Assembly: GCA_002633005.1 (NCBI GenBank) | Contig: NMRA01000166.1 | Location: 310,001 to 374,000 of the forward strand | Source: Phoronis australis | Taxonomy: Eukaryota > Animalia > Phoronida | Length of the DNA stretch: 64,000 nucleotides | Reading direction: 5' to 3' | Shown: positions 53,501-63,896 of the stretch, piece after piece | Numbering within the stretch: the stretch's first letter is position 1 | How the letters are laid out: every line of letters begins with the position of its first letter | Notes under the pieces: model-generated | The model's database searches: none | Told to the model about the DNA's origin: nothing | The model's input: only the letters and a program-made list of their open reading frames with translations | Translations under genes and position numbers: made by a program

Positions 53501-54895
53501 TATCCTTCCTGTTGTATTAAAGCATGCCATTAATCAATGGTGACATATTGACTGTAACTGAGAAGCTGCATTAACGATAGTGTGGGAAATTTCTGGGATT
53601 TTATCTTTGCTTTTTTAACTCTACTGTACAATCTTTCTCTATATTGAAATCTTAGTCTTAGCCTAAGTCTTCTAATGAAAGATTGAAAGGTGGTTTTAAT
53701 GAATTAAGACTATACTAATTTTTTTTTTAGTTTTTTGGCGTTTGATTCTTGTATTGTTAAGGCATACCAAAAATATAATTGAATAAACAACCGGTTTGTA
53801 AAATAAACATGAATTTTTTTAATTTTAAAGTTACATTTATCAAATTCTTTGTTTCTCTCCATCAGTAGAGCACCATATTTTCATCGTAGAACATTCGACT
53901 TTGTCCGTCGAACGGAAATTGTCAGGTTGAGGTAGTTAGTTAAGTGTTGTGATAAGCTAGAAAATGTTGTAAATACAACCCCCAGTAATAATTAGAAAAC
54001 CTAAATGAACACTATGTTGACAAATTCGTAAGTTAAGTTAGTCTTTTCAATTCTAACACGAAAGAATTTGAATTTTTCTGACTAAAAAGTTTGTTGGCAC
54101 CGTGAGGAATTGAGGCTGGCCCGAACAGGGGTAATTATTGAGACGGGTGAAAGTGATGGCATTTGACGCACCTGTGTTTAAGTCATTACTTTCTTGTTTT
54201 ATTGTATATAATTACTATGCCATTAGTAGGATTATCTGAATAGCTCAATATACCTAAACTAACAAAAAGTGTACTCAAGACAGGCTTTACATCAGTTTTG
54301 GGCATTAGGAGATATGTGTGCCCCATTGTCTCACAAAGAGACCTGTGCAGAGCTTGGGATTTTCCTCTTTTAAAAGGTTTCGATTTCCTCTGTTTTCATC
54401 TTTTATCATTATTTTGACTTTATTCATGCAAAAACGTTTATTTCAGTAAAATTTTGTAATGCAGATAATATCTATCACACAAGCCTATTTATTTATGGAA
54501 TGATACATCACCTGGAAATTTTTTCTCGCTTGCCACTGGTCATTCCAAGCCCTGCCTGTGATTCTATGTTGGGTATTCCATTTCCCAAAATAGTGTAACA
54601 GCTACAGACTGAAACGGATATAATGAAACTTTCTGGCTTGTAGGATAACTGTGGAAGCAGAAGATGTATTGCTTAATATTGTACCTTCAACACTGACCAA
54701 TGCACTTTGTTATGCCTATGACTTGGCCGTTATACTTGACATTCTGTCCAACCTTAATTCCTACCTCAGATATCACCGAGAACAGTTTATACATTCTTTG
54801 GCGCCACCTGGACTATTATTTGGTGCGCTATGCCTCAGCAGATTCGTTGGAATCGCAACGACGTCATTCACAGAAAGGGATCAGAAAGTTGCAGG
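23555..54895 (+). CDS. NUP205: Nuclear pore complex protein Nup205, spliced gene; last exon(s) not found in window
   Basis: 38 exons in consistent phase: 23555-23579, 26067-26209, 26570-26741, 26996-27214, 27808-27893, 28383-28611, 28997-29155, 29661-29770, 30247-30309, 30673-30789, 31481-31600, 32358-32508, 33379-33572, 34203-34430, 35301-35510, 35983-36159, 36993-37050, 37712-37901, 38215-38335, 38588-38666, 39321-39458, 39721-39957, 40200-40346, 40810-40902, 41284-41528, 42222-42413, 43055-43292, 43719-43808, 44914-45053, 46107-46298, 46538-46653, 47174-47309, 49459-49591, 51006-51248, 52109-52183, 52523-52686, 53385-53499, 54770-54895. Recognised motifs: MAAMALNSSAQMW, PHFPGLTRGLVAVLLYYDG, MPLKVKELRNRGDE, VSWDHFF, TNLQDPGILGAPRTCLH, LCQQSWLLKTVALDL, VLCRDSCEGHDVGRM, LYILWRHLDYYL. 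Confidence 0.95.
30071..30192. repeat. (ATATAC)n and (TATG)n microsatellites
   Basis: Directly visible at 30071-30111 and 30166-30192. Confidence 0.8.
32622..32915 (+). repeat. 58-bp minisatellite, about 5 copies
   Basis: Unit AGTGTTTAGTCTTAAATGTAACACTTCTCATTTGATATATGAATGTATGATAGTAAGC. Confidence 0.95.
37168..37402 (+). repeat. Interspersed repeat, second copy at about 54353-54548
   Basis: Shared TTTTCCTCTTTTAA...TTTCGATTTCCTC...TTCATGCAAAAA...TATCACACAAGCCTATTTATTT...TCACCTGGAAA...TCATTCCAA. Confidence 0.7.
42721..42857 (+). repeat. 18-bp minisatellite
   Basis: Unit TTATCCAATGATTCTACA, 3 near-perfect copies plus degenerate ones. Confidence 0.85.
45270..45403 (+). repeat. 64-bp tandem duplication
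   Basis: TTGTTCACTAATTGAGAGTAACACCCTT...GAAGATAATTGAA twice. Confidence 0.9.
46634..46716 (+). repeat. 36-bp tandem duplication spanning a splice donor
   Basis: TTGAGGYCCAGCCTTGGCAG|GTAAGTCCATGTAATK twice, plus a partial third TTGAG|GTAAGG. Confidence 0.95.
47464..49106 (+). mobile_element. HINE-like element copy (about 10 monomers) in NUP205 intron 32
   Basis: Same 5' ATGCGCCCACATAT hairpin, same internal CCTAGTGGC monomers, same 3' end GTGGGCACATTTCAATGCTCCACGTTGCTCTTGTT. Confidence 0.8.
51718..51818 (+). repeat. 21-bp minisatellite
   Basis: Unit ATCRTCCTTTCCATTTAAAGA, 4-5 copies. Confidence 0.85.
53500..54769 (+). other. U12-type (minor spliceosome) GT-AG intron of NUP205
   Basis: 5' splice site GTATCCTT at 53500-53507. 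Branch-point-like ACCTTAAT at 54751-54758, about 10 nt before the AG (54768-54769). The reading frame is continuous across it (SL-YITENSLYILWRHL). Confidence 0.85.
54353..54548 (+). repeat. Interspersed repeat inside the U12 intron, homologous to 37168-37402
   Basis: Direct sequence similarity with the 37 kb copy. Confidence 0.7.
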
Positions 54896-55370
54896 GTAGG
54901 GTTGTGTTGACTCTCTTTGTTGTGGGCAATATTAATTTCAGTGCTGAATGTGAGGAGAGGATATATAGACCGTGTTAGTTCCTAAAGTTAATGTTAGGCT
55001 TGAAAGTTTGATTTTGATTTTTGTCACACTGTGAAATAAAAACCCTGCAAGCTTTTAGTGGGTATTAACAAAAAGAATCTATGGTATTTTTTCTAAAAGT
55101 GTTTAAAATGTTATTAATAAAATCAATTTGGGTTTTCATGAAGATTTGTAAAATTGATGTTTTGCGACTCTGTGCTTTTTATCGCTTAAATTTTTTCATC
55201 TATCTGTATCTATACCGTAAGCCAAATTCTGTTAAGCCACAAAGGTTCCAAGACCACTGCGTCTATCACGTCAAAACTCTTGCATGCTCATAGACATCAG
55301 CCCTGGCATGTCACTGTTTTGGCACAAATTTGACTGGCTTCTCCTTTTTTATGCACCCACATATTTATGT

Positions 55371-56521
55371 ACAAGAGCAACGTGGGGCATTAAAATGTGC
55401 CCACGAATGCACCACAAACGTGCTTCTAAGGGTTGTTTATTTGTAGCATACAAATGGCCACTAGATGGCGCAAAAATGTCGAATCCATCCGTAAACTGGA
55501 ATATGCCATTGCTTCTTTAATAGAAAGTTATTTATCAAATCTCATAAAAATCTGTCGAGGAACTTCAGCGAAACAAAGAACAACGGGGAAAAAATGAAAT
55601 TGCCACTAGGGGGCACAGCGTTAATTGGATTCACCTGAAATTCGTCTGTTATTAGCTTCATATAAGTACACTTACTAAATTTAATAAAGATCCTGAAGTG
55701 GGTTTATGAGATACAGCTATGGGTGCAAAACAAAACTACCACTAGGAGGCGCCACAGTAGTCGAAGTCATTTTGAAACGTCCTCTTCACACTGAGAACAT
55801 ATACGCCAATTTTGAAAATCATCCTTAGAATGTTTTGGTTGATAGAGCAGTGGACGCAAAAAACAGACTCGAAAACAGCAAAAATGGCCAGTAGGTGGCG
55901 CAAAGTACCTCGACTCCATCCAAAAACTGGAGGATAGCGTTATTTCCCCAATGGATACTTATACCTCAAATTTTATGAAAATCCGTTGAGGTCCATTGAG
56001 GATACAAAGGTAAACGTAAAAAAACTAAAATTGCCCCTTGGGGCACACCAGCATAGTCAGGTCTGTCCGAAAGTCGTTGTCGTCCGTTGTCAACATCATA
56101 TAAATAGTTCTTAAGTTAGTAAAGATCATGCAAATGGTTTAGGAGATAAAGCCATGGGTGCAAACAAAGTGCCACTAGGAGGCACCACAGTAGGCGCAAA
56201 CTACGTCAAGTCCATCTGAACACGAGAGGATTGTGTCATCTCACTAATAGATGCCTACTAGTACATGTCAAATTTTATGAAAGTCTGTTGAGGACCTCCA
56301 AAGATACAGAGGTAAGCGTAAAAAGAATTGCTACTAGGAAGCACACCGGTAGTCTGAGAGGTCTAAAATTCGTCATCAGCCTCATAGGAACACATCTGCC
56401 AAATCTCATCAAGATCCTGTGAGAGGTCTAGAAGATACAGCTGTGGACGACAGACGCCCACAAGCCCGGGCAGACGGAGATGATGGCAATATGTGACCAC
56501 ATATAAGTATGTGGGCACATA
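55371..56521 (-). mobile_element. HINE-like element copy in reverse orientation
   Basis: Begins ACAAGAGCAACGTGGGGCATTAAAATGTGCCCAC (reverse complement of the family 3' end), has GCCACTAGG monomers, and ends ATGTGACCACATATAAGTATGTGGGCACAT. Confidence 0.8.
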
Positions 56522-57237
56522 TTAAATATGTGGCTTCATTATGCCCTCATCCCTGTCTGTCAGGCATCCATCCGGCGTATGCTACTCTTTCTCCAAAACC
56601 CTTGGTTGTGTGCCCCCTAGTGGCAATTTTAGTTTCTACGTTTACCTCTGCATTTTCAAAGGTCTTCAACGGATTTTCATTAAGATTTGGTTGACAGTCA
56701 TCTATTAGTAAGTTGAAGCTATCCTCTTATTTTCAGATGGTTTTGAGGTATTTTGGGTGTGGCCACTTTTAATGTTTTCGAGCATGTTTTTTTGACGTCC
56801 CCCCTATCAACCATACCACTCTAAGTATGACTGCGAAGACAATGGCTGATGATGATTTTCTGATGACTTTGACTACTGTGGCGACTTCTAGTTGCATTTT
56901 TTGCACTCATGGTTGTATTTCTTAACCGTCTTCAGGATCTTTATCAAATTTAGCAAGTGTATTTATGAAGTGGACTACCAATGATGACAACTTTCGGACG
57001 GATTCGATGAATGCTGTGTCCTCTTGTGGCAATGTCATTTGTTTCTCTGAAGTTCCTTGATGGGTTTTTATAAAATTTGGTAAATAGCTTTCTATGAAAG
57101 AAACGGTGACATGTTCCTGTTTTCAGACGGATTCGATGTATTTTGCGCCATCTAGTGGCCATTTTTACTGTTTCTAGTCTGTGGCCTCTCTTTCAACCAA
57201 ACCACTCTAAAGATGATTTAGAAAATTGGCGTTATTA

Positions 57238-58654
57238 CCGTACTCGTCTGGGTTATCGCCCAGGGCGCTTAAATTGGGAATCTAAAAAAACTGGGCGTGG
57301 GCGGTACGCCAAGCATGGGCTGTTAAAATTGAAATTTTTGAAAAGTCAAGAGTTGGTGCTTACTGCATAAAGGACTGATTTTACCCTCATTGAGCTACAC
57401 TGACATCGGACTTTAAGCACGTCAGTTGTTAAAATACATGTTGGTAGACTGAAATAACGCACTTCGATGGGCTGAAGTAGAGTAGCACACACGATACAGT
57501 GGCGCCGTGATCCCGAGCGTGAGTGGGTTTTTACGTACCTCGGTCGCTGCTCGTCATGTCTTGGAACTGAGGTATTTTTACAGATAGACGTGCCTTCAGT
57601 AGGAGAAAAGCAAGATCACGCTAGACTACGCTAGATCGCCATGTATTACTAGGAAGCAGGTGATTTTGTTAAGATATGCTGCCCCTAGTTACTTTGGCAA
57701 CCAAATGTGCTAATGATTGACGGCAGGTCTTTCTTCTAATTACTTTGAACCTAGTTTGAACAATGTAACATTTTATATACGTTGTATATTTCTGTGTTGA
57801 ACAGTGAACACCCACTGCCCAGAATTTGTTCAAAGCATGTGCTCAATAATCGGACCATACTACTATTGAGCAATAGGGGTGGTCAGTCGACTGCGAAAAT
57901 AATGAAGCAAAAATGCATCATGTAAAAAGCAAAATCACATCATGTAAAAAGTCACCAGGCAAATCAAGAGTTCAAAAAATAAGTTTTTGACCATGTAGAT
58001 GTGGATAGAATGTTCGTCTTGTGCTTAATTACAAGTGGATTTCTTGCGCTGTTGCTTTTGGTTAGGCGCATTTTGGTGTCAGGAGTGAGTAATTGAAAAC
58101 GTGCATTTAACGAAGACACAGAACAATGGCCCGTATCTGCTTGTATTTAAAACAATGCATCCAAAATAATGTCGGTGGAGTTTCCAAAATCGTTGGTCAT
58201 GTACCAGCCGAGTGTGCTCATGTTTTTTTATTTCATTGCTCTGGGTGGTGATGTTTTGTGTACTGTCACGGGGAATCCAGAAAGGTAGGGTACGGACTTG
58301 AAATTCATATCAAGTACCGCTTCGTTGGTTCTTCCATGGCAATGAAATACATTCGACAAGTGCTGTCTCAGTGATCAGTACATACTGACATGAGTTCCGC
58401 GCTTGAGCCAAAGGGAACATTTGTGTCTCCTTCAGTAAAGAGCATGAGGTTACGGGTATTTTACCGCCATAGTAAGGCATGTTCCTGTTCCGCTAAAACT
58501 GATTGGTTGTCATTGAAAGGTAAGCGGGTTGCGCACGTTTTGGGATCTTTGCGAGACGAACGTTCACAAAAGCACACAGACTTTTAAGGTCTTGATCATA
58601 AAAAATGAGGTTAGGCGCTAAGCCGAGCATGAGCGGTAACCCGGACGAGTACGG
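57238..58654. mobile_element. Non-autonomous Tc1/mariner-superfamily (pogo/Tigger-like) DNA transposon
   Basis: Terminal inverted repeats CCGTACTCGTCTGGGTTATCGC and GCGGTAACCCGGACGAGTACGG (2 mismatches in 22), TA duplicated on both sides, and the host repeat continues across the insertion. No transposase ORF. Confidence 0.85.
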
Positions 58655-59031
58655 TATGTTTCTACTGTGAAGAGGACGACTTAGACATCTGTGGCCCCTC
58701 ACAGTGGCAGTTTTTTGGGTCTATGGCTGTGTCTCCCAAACCCTCTGCAGGATCTTTATTAAATTTGGGACTTGTATTTTATATGAAGTTGACAATGGAC
58801 GACGACGATATATCGATGGATCCAATTACCACTGTGCCCCTATTGGCAATTTTATTATTTTTTGTCCTTTATATCTTTGAAACTATTTGGCAGATTTTGA
58901 CTACTGCTGTGGTTCCTAATGGCAATTCTATTTTTGTATCTTTGGAGTTTTCAGACTAATTTTCTTGAAATTTGGCAAGTCGCTTTGAGAGAGTGACTTC
59001 TTCCCATTTTCAAATGGGTTCAATGTATTCC

Positions 59032-59125
59032 ATTACGTCTAATGGCCATTTTTATGGTACTAATTAACACCCCTAGCTATTACGTCTAATGGCCATTTTT
59101 ATGGTACTAATTAACACCCCTAGCT
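59032..59125 (+). repeat. About 47-bp tandem duplication within the 3' end of a HINE-like copy
   Basis: ATTACGTCTAATGGCCATTTTTATGGTACTAATTAACACCCCTAGCT twice. Confidence 0.9.
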
Positions 59126-61040
59126 GCACACCGTTTACGGTGCTGCCGTGGGTGCATTTCAACGCTCCACTTTTCTCTTGTTATATATCTTTGAAAAAAT
59201 GGCTGTTCTTTCATTCCTCCCAACCCTCTATGGAATGAAATAAGGCAATTCTTCAAACTTTTAGTCTTTTAGGGAAATGTTGTTCTGTGTATGGTCATCA
59301 AGTGTGCTGATCCTGAAAATGACTTGGATAAAAAAGTAACCGTTTCTACTTCAAACCTTAAATGTTTACAAGAGGCCATGTTGTGCCCATGTGAGCCCCA
59401 CATGTATAACTAATGGCCGGAGCTGACCTTATCTCTATTTTCCCAAAAGTGTAGTGGCGACCTTTATTCACCAGCAAAATCACAAGCAGTGCATGCTTAC
59501 TCCCACTGACCTACATGCGTATGGTGCCCAAGCTACTGCCGCTTACCAGTGTTACTTATTGGTTTGCACATGTCCATTCTGACATCCTGAGTGTGAACCA
59601 TATGCTGAAGTCTGTGTATATTGGGAGTCCTTTGTTACCAGTCATTTAGTTGGAGCTGAACTTGTGTACTAAGTTCGAATAATAAGCCAGAAGTAACGAA
59701 TTGACTAGTCCTAGTGCATTCTTTGGTGTTTCCTTGGAACACAATCTTCTGACACGAGATCAAATTCAGGGGAGGTAACTGGGATGATATGACAGACATT
59801 ATGTGTCTTCAATGAGCGCTTGATAGTGTCCTGCTTGCATTGAAAAGGTCTTCTTTTTTGTTCAACACTTCGCTAATTACTCATGTGAAAAAATATTGAC
59901 CCTTCTTTCTAATTTCTTCCCTTGGCACTGACAGTAATGCACTTTCTTTTCAAATATACATTATACTCTGATTTGGGCATACAGTTTTTACCTAGAATCT
60001 AAGATTCTATTCTGTGTCAAGCTTTCAAACAAAAAATTTAGTCGTGTATTCAACAAAGATTTGATAGGGTGGATGAAGCAGTATTCAGAGTTATCCTACA
60101 CACATATGATTTAAATAACTGGAAAAAATTGCTTAATACAGTGCTGAGAAATATTAAAACGAGTTTCTTGATATCAATTGGTATTGCTTTTGATACTCTC
60201 TGTTCATTGTGTGTTTGTAGTGTTGGCTAAAGGCCTATTTACGTAAAAAACATATTTATTTATTTGCTACTTACAACTTGAAACCTTTTTCATTGCTTGG
60301 TACTAGCTGATTAGTATCTTGGCAACTGTGCATTTTTAATTCATGGCAGTTGCTATGACTGGTGAGCGAATCTCACTAACAGTTCACTCAGTCTGCAGCT
60401 AGTTACAGTTACTGTGCAAGACTTCTTGATACTTGAACCTTTTTGAACCAGACTGCCCTCAATCATTTTGAGCCTTTTGATATTACCTAAGCTATTATAC
60501 TGATAGGACTGGTGTGTCTGACAAACAACTTCATGCAAATAGTATTACATCATACCCTCAGTCTAGACAAGATATCTGCACAGTCATGGTGCTTGTCTTT
60601 TTGTCAACACATTTGCTGTGTACATGATCTGAAGCACGACTCTTTTGACTCGACTGACTCGTGTATCATGCACTGTTTGTGCACCTGAGTTTCTGAAATT
60701 TTATTGAGTGTGATTACTCTACTTGAAATACAACTTTTTTCAAGATCTTTTTTACGAATTCAAAATGGAACTTGGGGTTATGGTATACCTCGATGTGAAA
60801 TATTTTAATTTGTTTTACGCTCATCAATTTATTTCAATGATCAAAGAAAAATGCGACTAATCTCAGGTGGCAATTTTTTTCACTTGCGCTCATTGATAAA
60901 AAAATACACTCATGCTATTACTGCAAGGTTGCGTTAACTAAAAAGTTTTTGTTGAAGAGTATGACTGCAACTGATATATCTCTTTCTGTGAAATTTAATT
61001 TTTAATTATCTTGCTTGAGGTCTTGTTTTTACTTCACTCC

Positions 61041-63896
61041 TTTTTATTCACCCTCATGTGCATAATATATGTCTGGTGTCTACTGCTGTATCTCCTAAAT
61101 CACAGGATCTTCATGAAATTTGACAACTGTACGCCTATGAAAGTAATGGCAGAAAACTATAACTTTAGAATGTATCTAACTACAGCTGTGACCTCTAGTG
61201 ACAGTTTTATTTTTATGTTTGGCTCTGTATCGGCACAGTTCTGCGACAGTTTTTTTACAAAAATTTGGCAAATGTGATTATTTGTTGAGATGATAATGAC
61301 ACCTCAATTTTCGACAGATTAGGATTCAGCACCTCCTAGTGATCATTTTTATGCGCCCACATATTTATATGTGGACGCATTATGCCGTCATCTCTGTCCG
61401 TCCGTCCGTCCGTCCGGGCGGCGTCCGTCCGGCGTCTGGCGTCCGGCGTCCGCTGCTCTATCTCCAAAACCCTTTGACATACGTTCATGAAATTTGGCAC
61501 ATATGTTCCATTCATGAATGGGACGGCATGTGCGAAGTTTCGGATGGATCCGACTACCGGTGTGCCCCCTAGTGGCAATTTTAGTTTTTTACGCTTAGCT
61601 TTGTATCTTCAAAAGTCCTGAACGGATTTTCATGAAATTTGGTATGTAGGCACCTAGTAGTGAGATGACGCTATCCTGCCGTTTTCGGATGGATTCGACA
61701 TAGTTTGCGCCACCTAGTGGCCATTTTTAGTGTTTTCGAGTCTGTTTTTGTGCTTCCACCCCTCTATCAACCAAACCGCTCAAAGGATGATTGTGAAAAT
61801 TGGCATGTATATGCTTACTATGTAGAGGATGGTTGACGATGATTTTCCGACGATTTCGACTACTGTGGCGCCTCCTAGTGGCAGTTTTGTTTTTTTGCGC
61901 CTATGGCTGTATCTCCTAAACCGTTCGCAGGATCTTTACAAATTGTGTAAGTATATTTATATGATGTTAACAACGGAAGATGACGACTTTTGGTCGGATC
62001 CGACTACCGGTGTGCCCCCTAGTGGCAATTTTAGTTTTTTACGCTTACCTTTGTATCTTCAAAAGTATTGAACGGATTTTCATGAAATTTGGTATGTAGG
62101 CACCTATTAGTGAGATGACGCTATCCTACTGTTTTCAGATGGATTCGACGTAGTTTGCGCCACCTAGTGGCCATTTTTACTGTTTTCGAGTCTGTATTTT
62201 TGCGTCCACCCCTCTATCAACCAAACCGCTCAAAGGATGATTGTGAAAATTGGCGTGTATGTGCTTACTATAAGGAAGACAGCTGACAATGATTTTCAGA
62301 CGATTTGGACTACTGTGGCGCCTCCTAGTGGCAGTTTTGTTTTTTTGCGCCCATGGCTGTATCTCCCAAACCGTTTGCAGGATCTTTACTAAATTTAGCA
62401 AGTGTATTTATGTGATGTTGACAACGGACGATGACGACTTTAGGATGATTCTGATTACCGGTATGCCTCTAGTGGCAATTTTAGTATTTGCCTCTAGTGG
62501 CAATTTTAGTATTTTACATTGACCTCTGTATTTTCATAGGTCTTCAGGTGTATACTTTGTGTTACTTCGTGACTGTGAAGGAAAAGTTCCAAGTAGAAAT
62601 TTGTTTCTGGCATTCTAATGCTGTGCTAATCTCGTATGTTGGTAAATTTGTTTTTAATTCTATGTTTCTGTGGTGCTTTAAGCAACTGGTGTATAGGATG
62701 TGCTTGTATTATGAAGATTACTCACATTTTACCCCTAGCCTATTGAGGAGACAATGACCTTGCCTTTCCATTTTGCAAAGTATGCCCTCTACTGGCCACT
62801 TTATGGTACCAATAAACAACCCTAGAAGGATACCGTATGCGGTGCAATTGTGGGCGCATTTCAACGCTCCGCGTTGCTCTTGTTATTATTTTCGAATCTT
62901 GCTGTATCATCCTTCTCTGCACAAAGAACGATAATGAAATTTCTCAATATTCATATGGAGGAGAAATCCATTGAGGCTGATTTTTGACTGATTTGAAATA
63001 TTGTAGCACCCCCTAGTGGCAATTCGATTTTTTGTCTCTGCCTCAATAATATCTACCAAGTTCCTTGATGTGTTGATATTTTCCTATTGAAGAGAGTACT
63101 GCTTATACTGATTTCAGAAGTCCCCTAATGGTAATTTAGGATTTCTTTTTGTATGCCTCAGTATCTGGTACTAAATTCATTGATAGATCTTCATGAAATT
63201 TGTTAATAATGAGCATGGTGGCAATAGTCAGTTCCAGATTTTTAGAACCAGTTTGATGCCTGTTATTCAGTGGAGGAAACTGGTTCTCAAAATGTTGGGA
63301 CTCCTGTAAGTGCTTGTAACTGGACACAGTGGTACTGTTTGGTGCAACCTCTAGCTGTTTACTGCAGCATCTATCGAGTTCTTTGGACCTTTATAAAGTC
63401 TAGCATGTTTGACCATATCGATGTGGCTACTGTGGCGCCCCTTAGTGGCAAATTATTGCATCTACTGTAACATCTACCAAATTCATGAATAGGTCATCAT
63501 GAATTTTGAACTACATGTTCCTAATGAGGAGAGCACAACTGGTGTTGATTTTCCAATGAATCCAACTATGGTGGAAATGTTTGACAGTGAACACCTCTTA
63601 TATCCTCACCGTATGCCATGTACATGGTGGGTGGTGCATATCAACACTCTGCATTGCTGTTCCATTTGTGTTTGTATTCCTTTACTTTCATTCAGTTGGT
63701 CTGGTAATATTCCTTACTGTGATAGGATTTTATTCCCGTTACCAGCTCAAGTCATCCAATGCATCGGGTTGTCATTTTCAATTTCATAGTTTTTGAATTG
63801 TTATATGTTTTTTGAACTCGCAATTTTAGGGTTGATCAACTCCCAATAAATGAGGAAGCATTTGCTTGAGCTGATGGTGGTTTCAATGCTCTTGTT
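61041..63896 (+). mobile_element. Highly diverged HINE-like copy hosting the 61351-62884 element
   Basis: Degenerate monomers at 61085-61350 (CTGTATCTCCTAAA, CCTCTAGTGAC, CCTCCTAGTGA) continue after 62885 (GCACCCCCTAGTGGC, GGCGCCCCTTAGTGGC) to TTTCAATGCTCTTGTT. Confidence 0.55.
61351..62884 (+). mobile_element. Helentron-associated (HINE/DINE-1-like) non-autonomous element, best-preserved copy
   Basis: 5' hairpin ATGCGCCCACATAT-tt-ATATGTGGACGCAT, (GTCC)n microsatellite, internal 450-bp tandem units, 3' subterminal inverted repeat GTGGGCGCAT (62850-62859), 3' stem-loop CAACGC-tcc-GCGTTG. T-run insertion site with no clear target-site duplication. Confidence 0.8.

Larger units (their letters stand above)
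55351..59182 (+). mobile_element. Older HINE-like copy interrupted by two nested insertions
   Basis: 5' arm ATGCACCCACATAT at 55351; resumes at about 56526 (ATATGTGGCTTCATTATGCC); is interrupted at 57238-58654; ends GTGGGTGCATTTCAACGCTCCACTTTTCTCTTGTT. Confidence 0.7.

Noticed and set aside
57238-58654. Possible autonomous transposase inside the TIR element
   Set aside because: Only short ORFs, with no recognisable DDE/D or HTH motif.
62488-62757. ORF as the missing NUP205 terminal exon
   Set aside because: The phase would fit after tttcatag, but the peptide shows no resemblance to the Nup205 C-terminus and lies inside a transposon.
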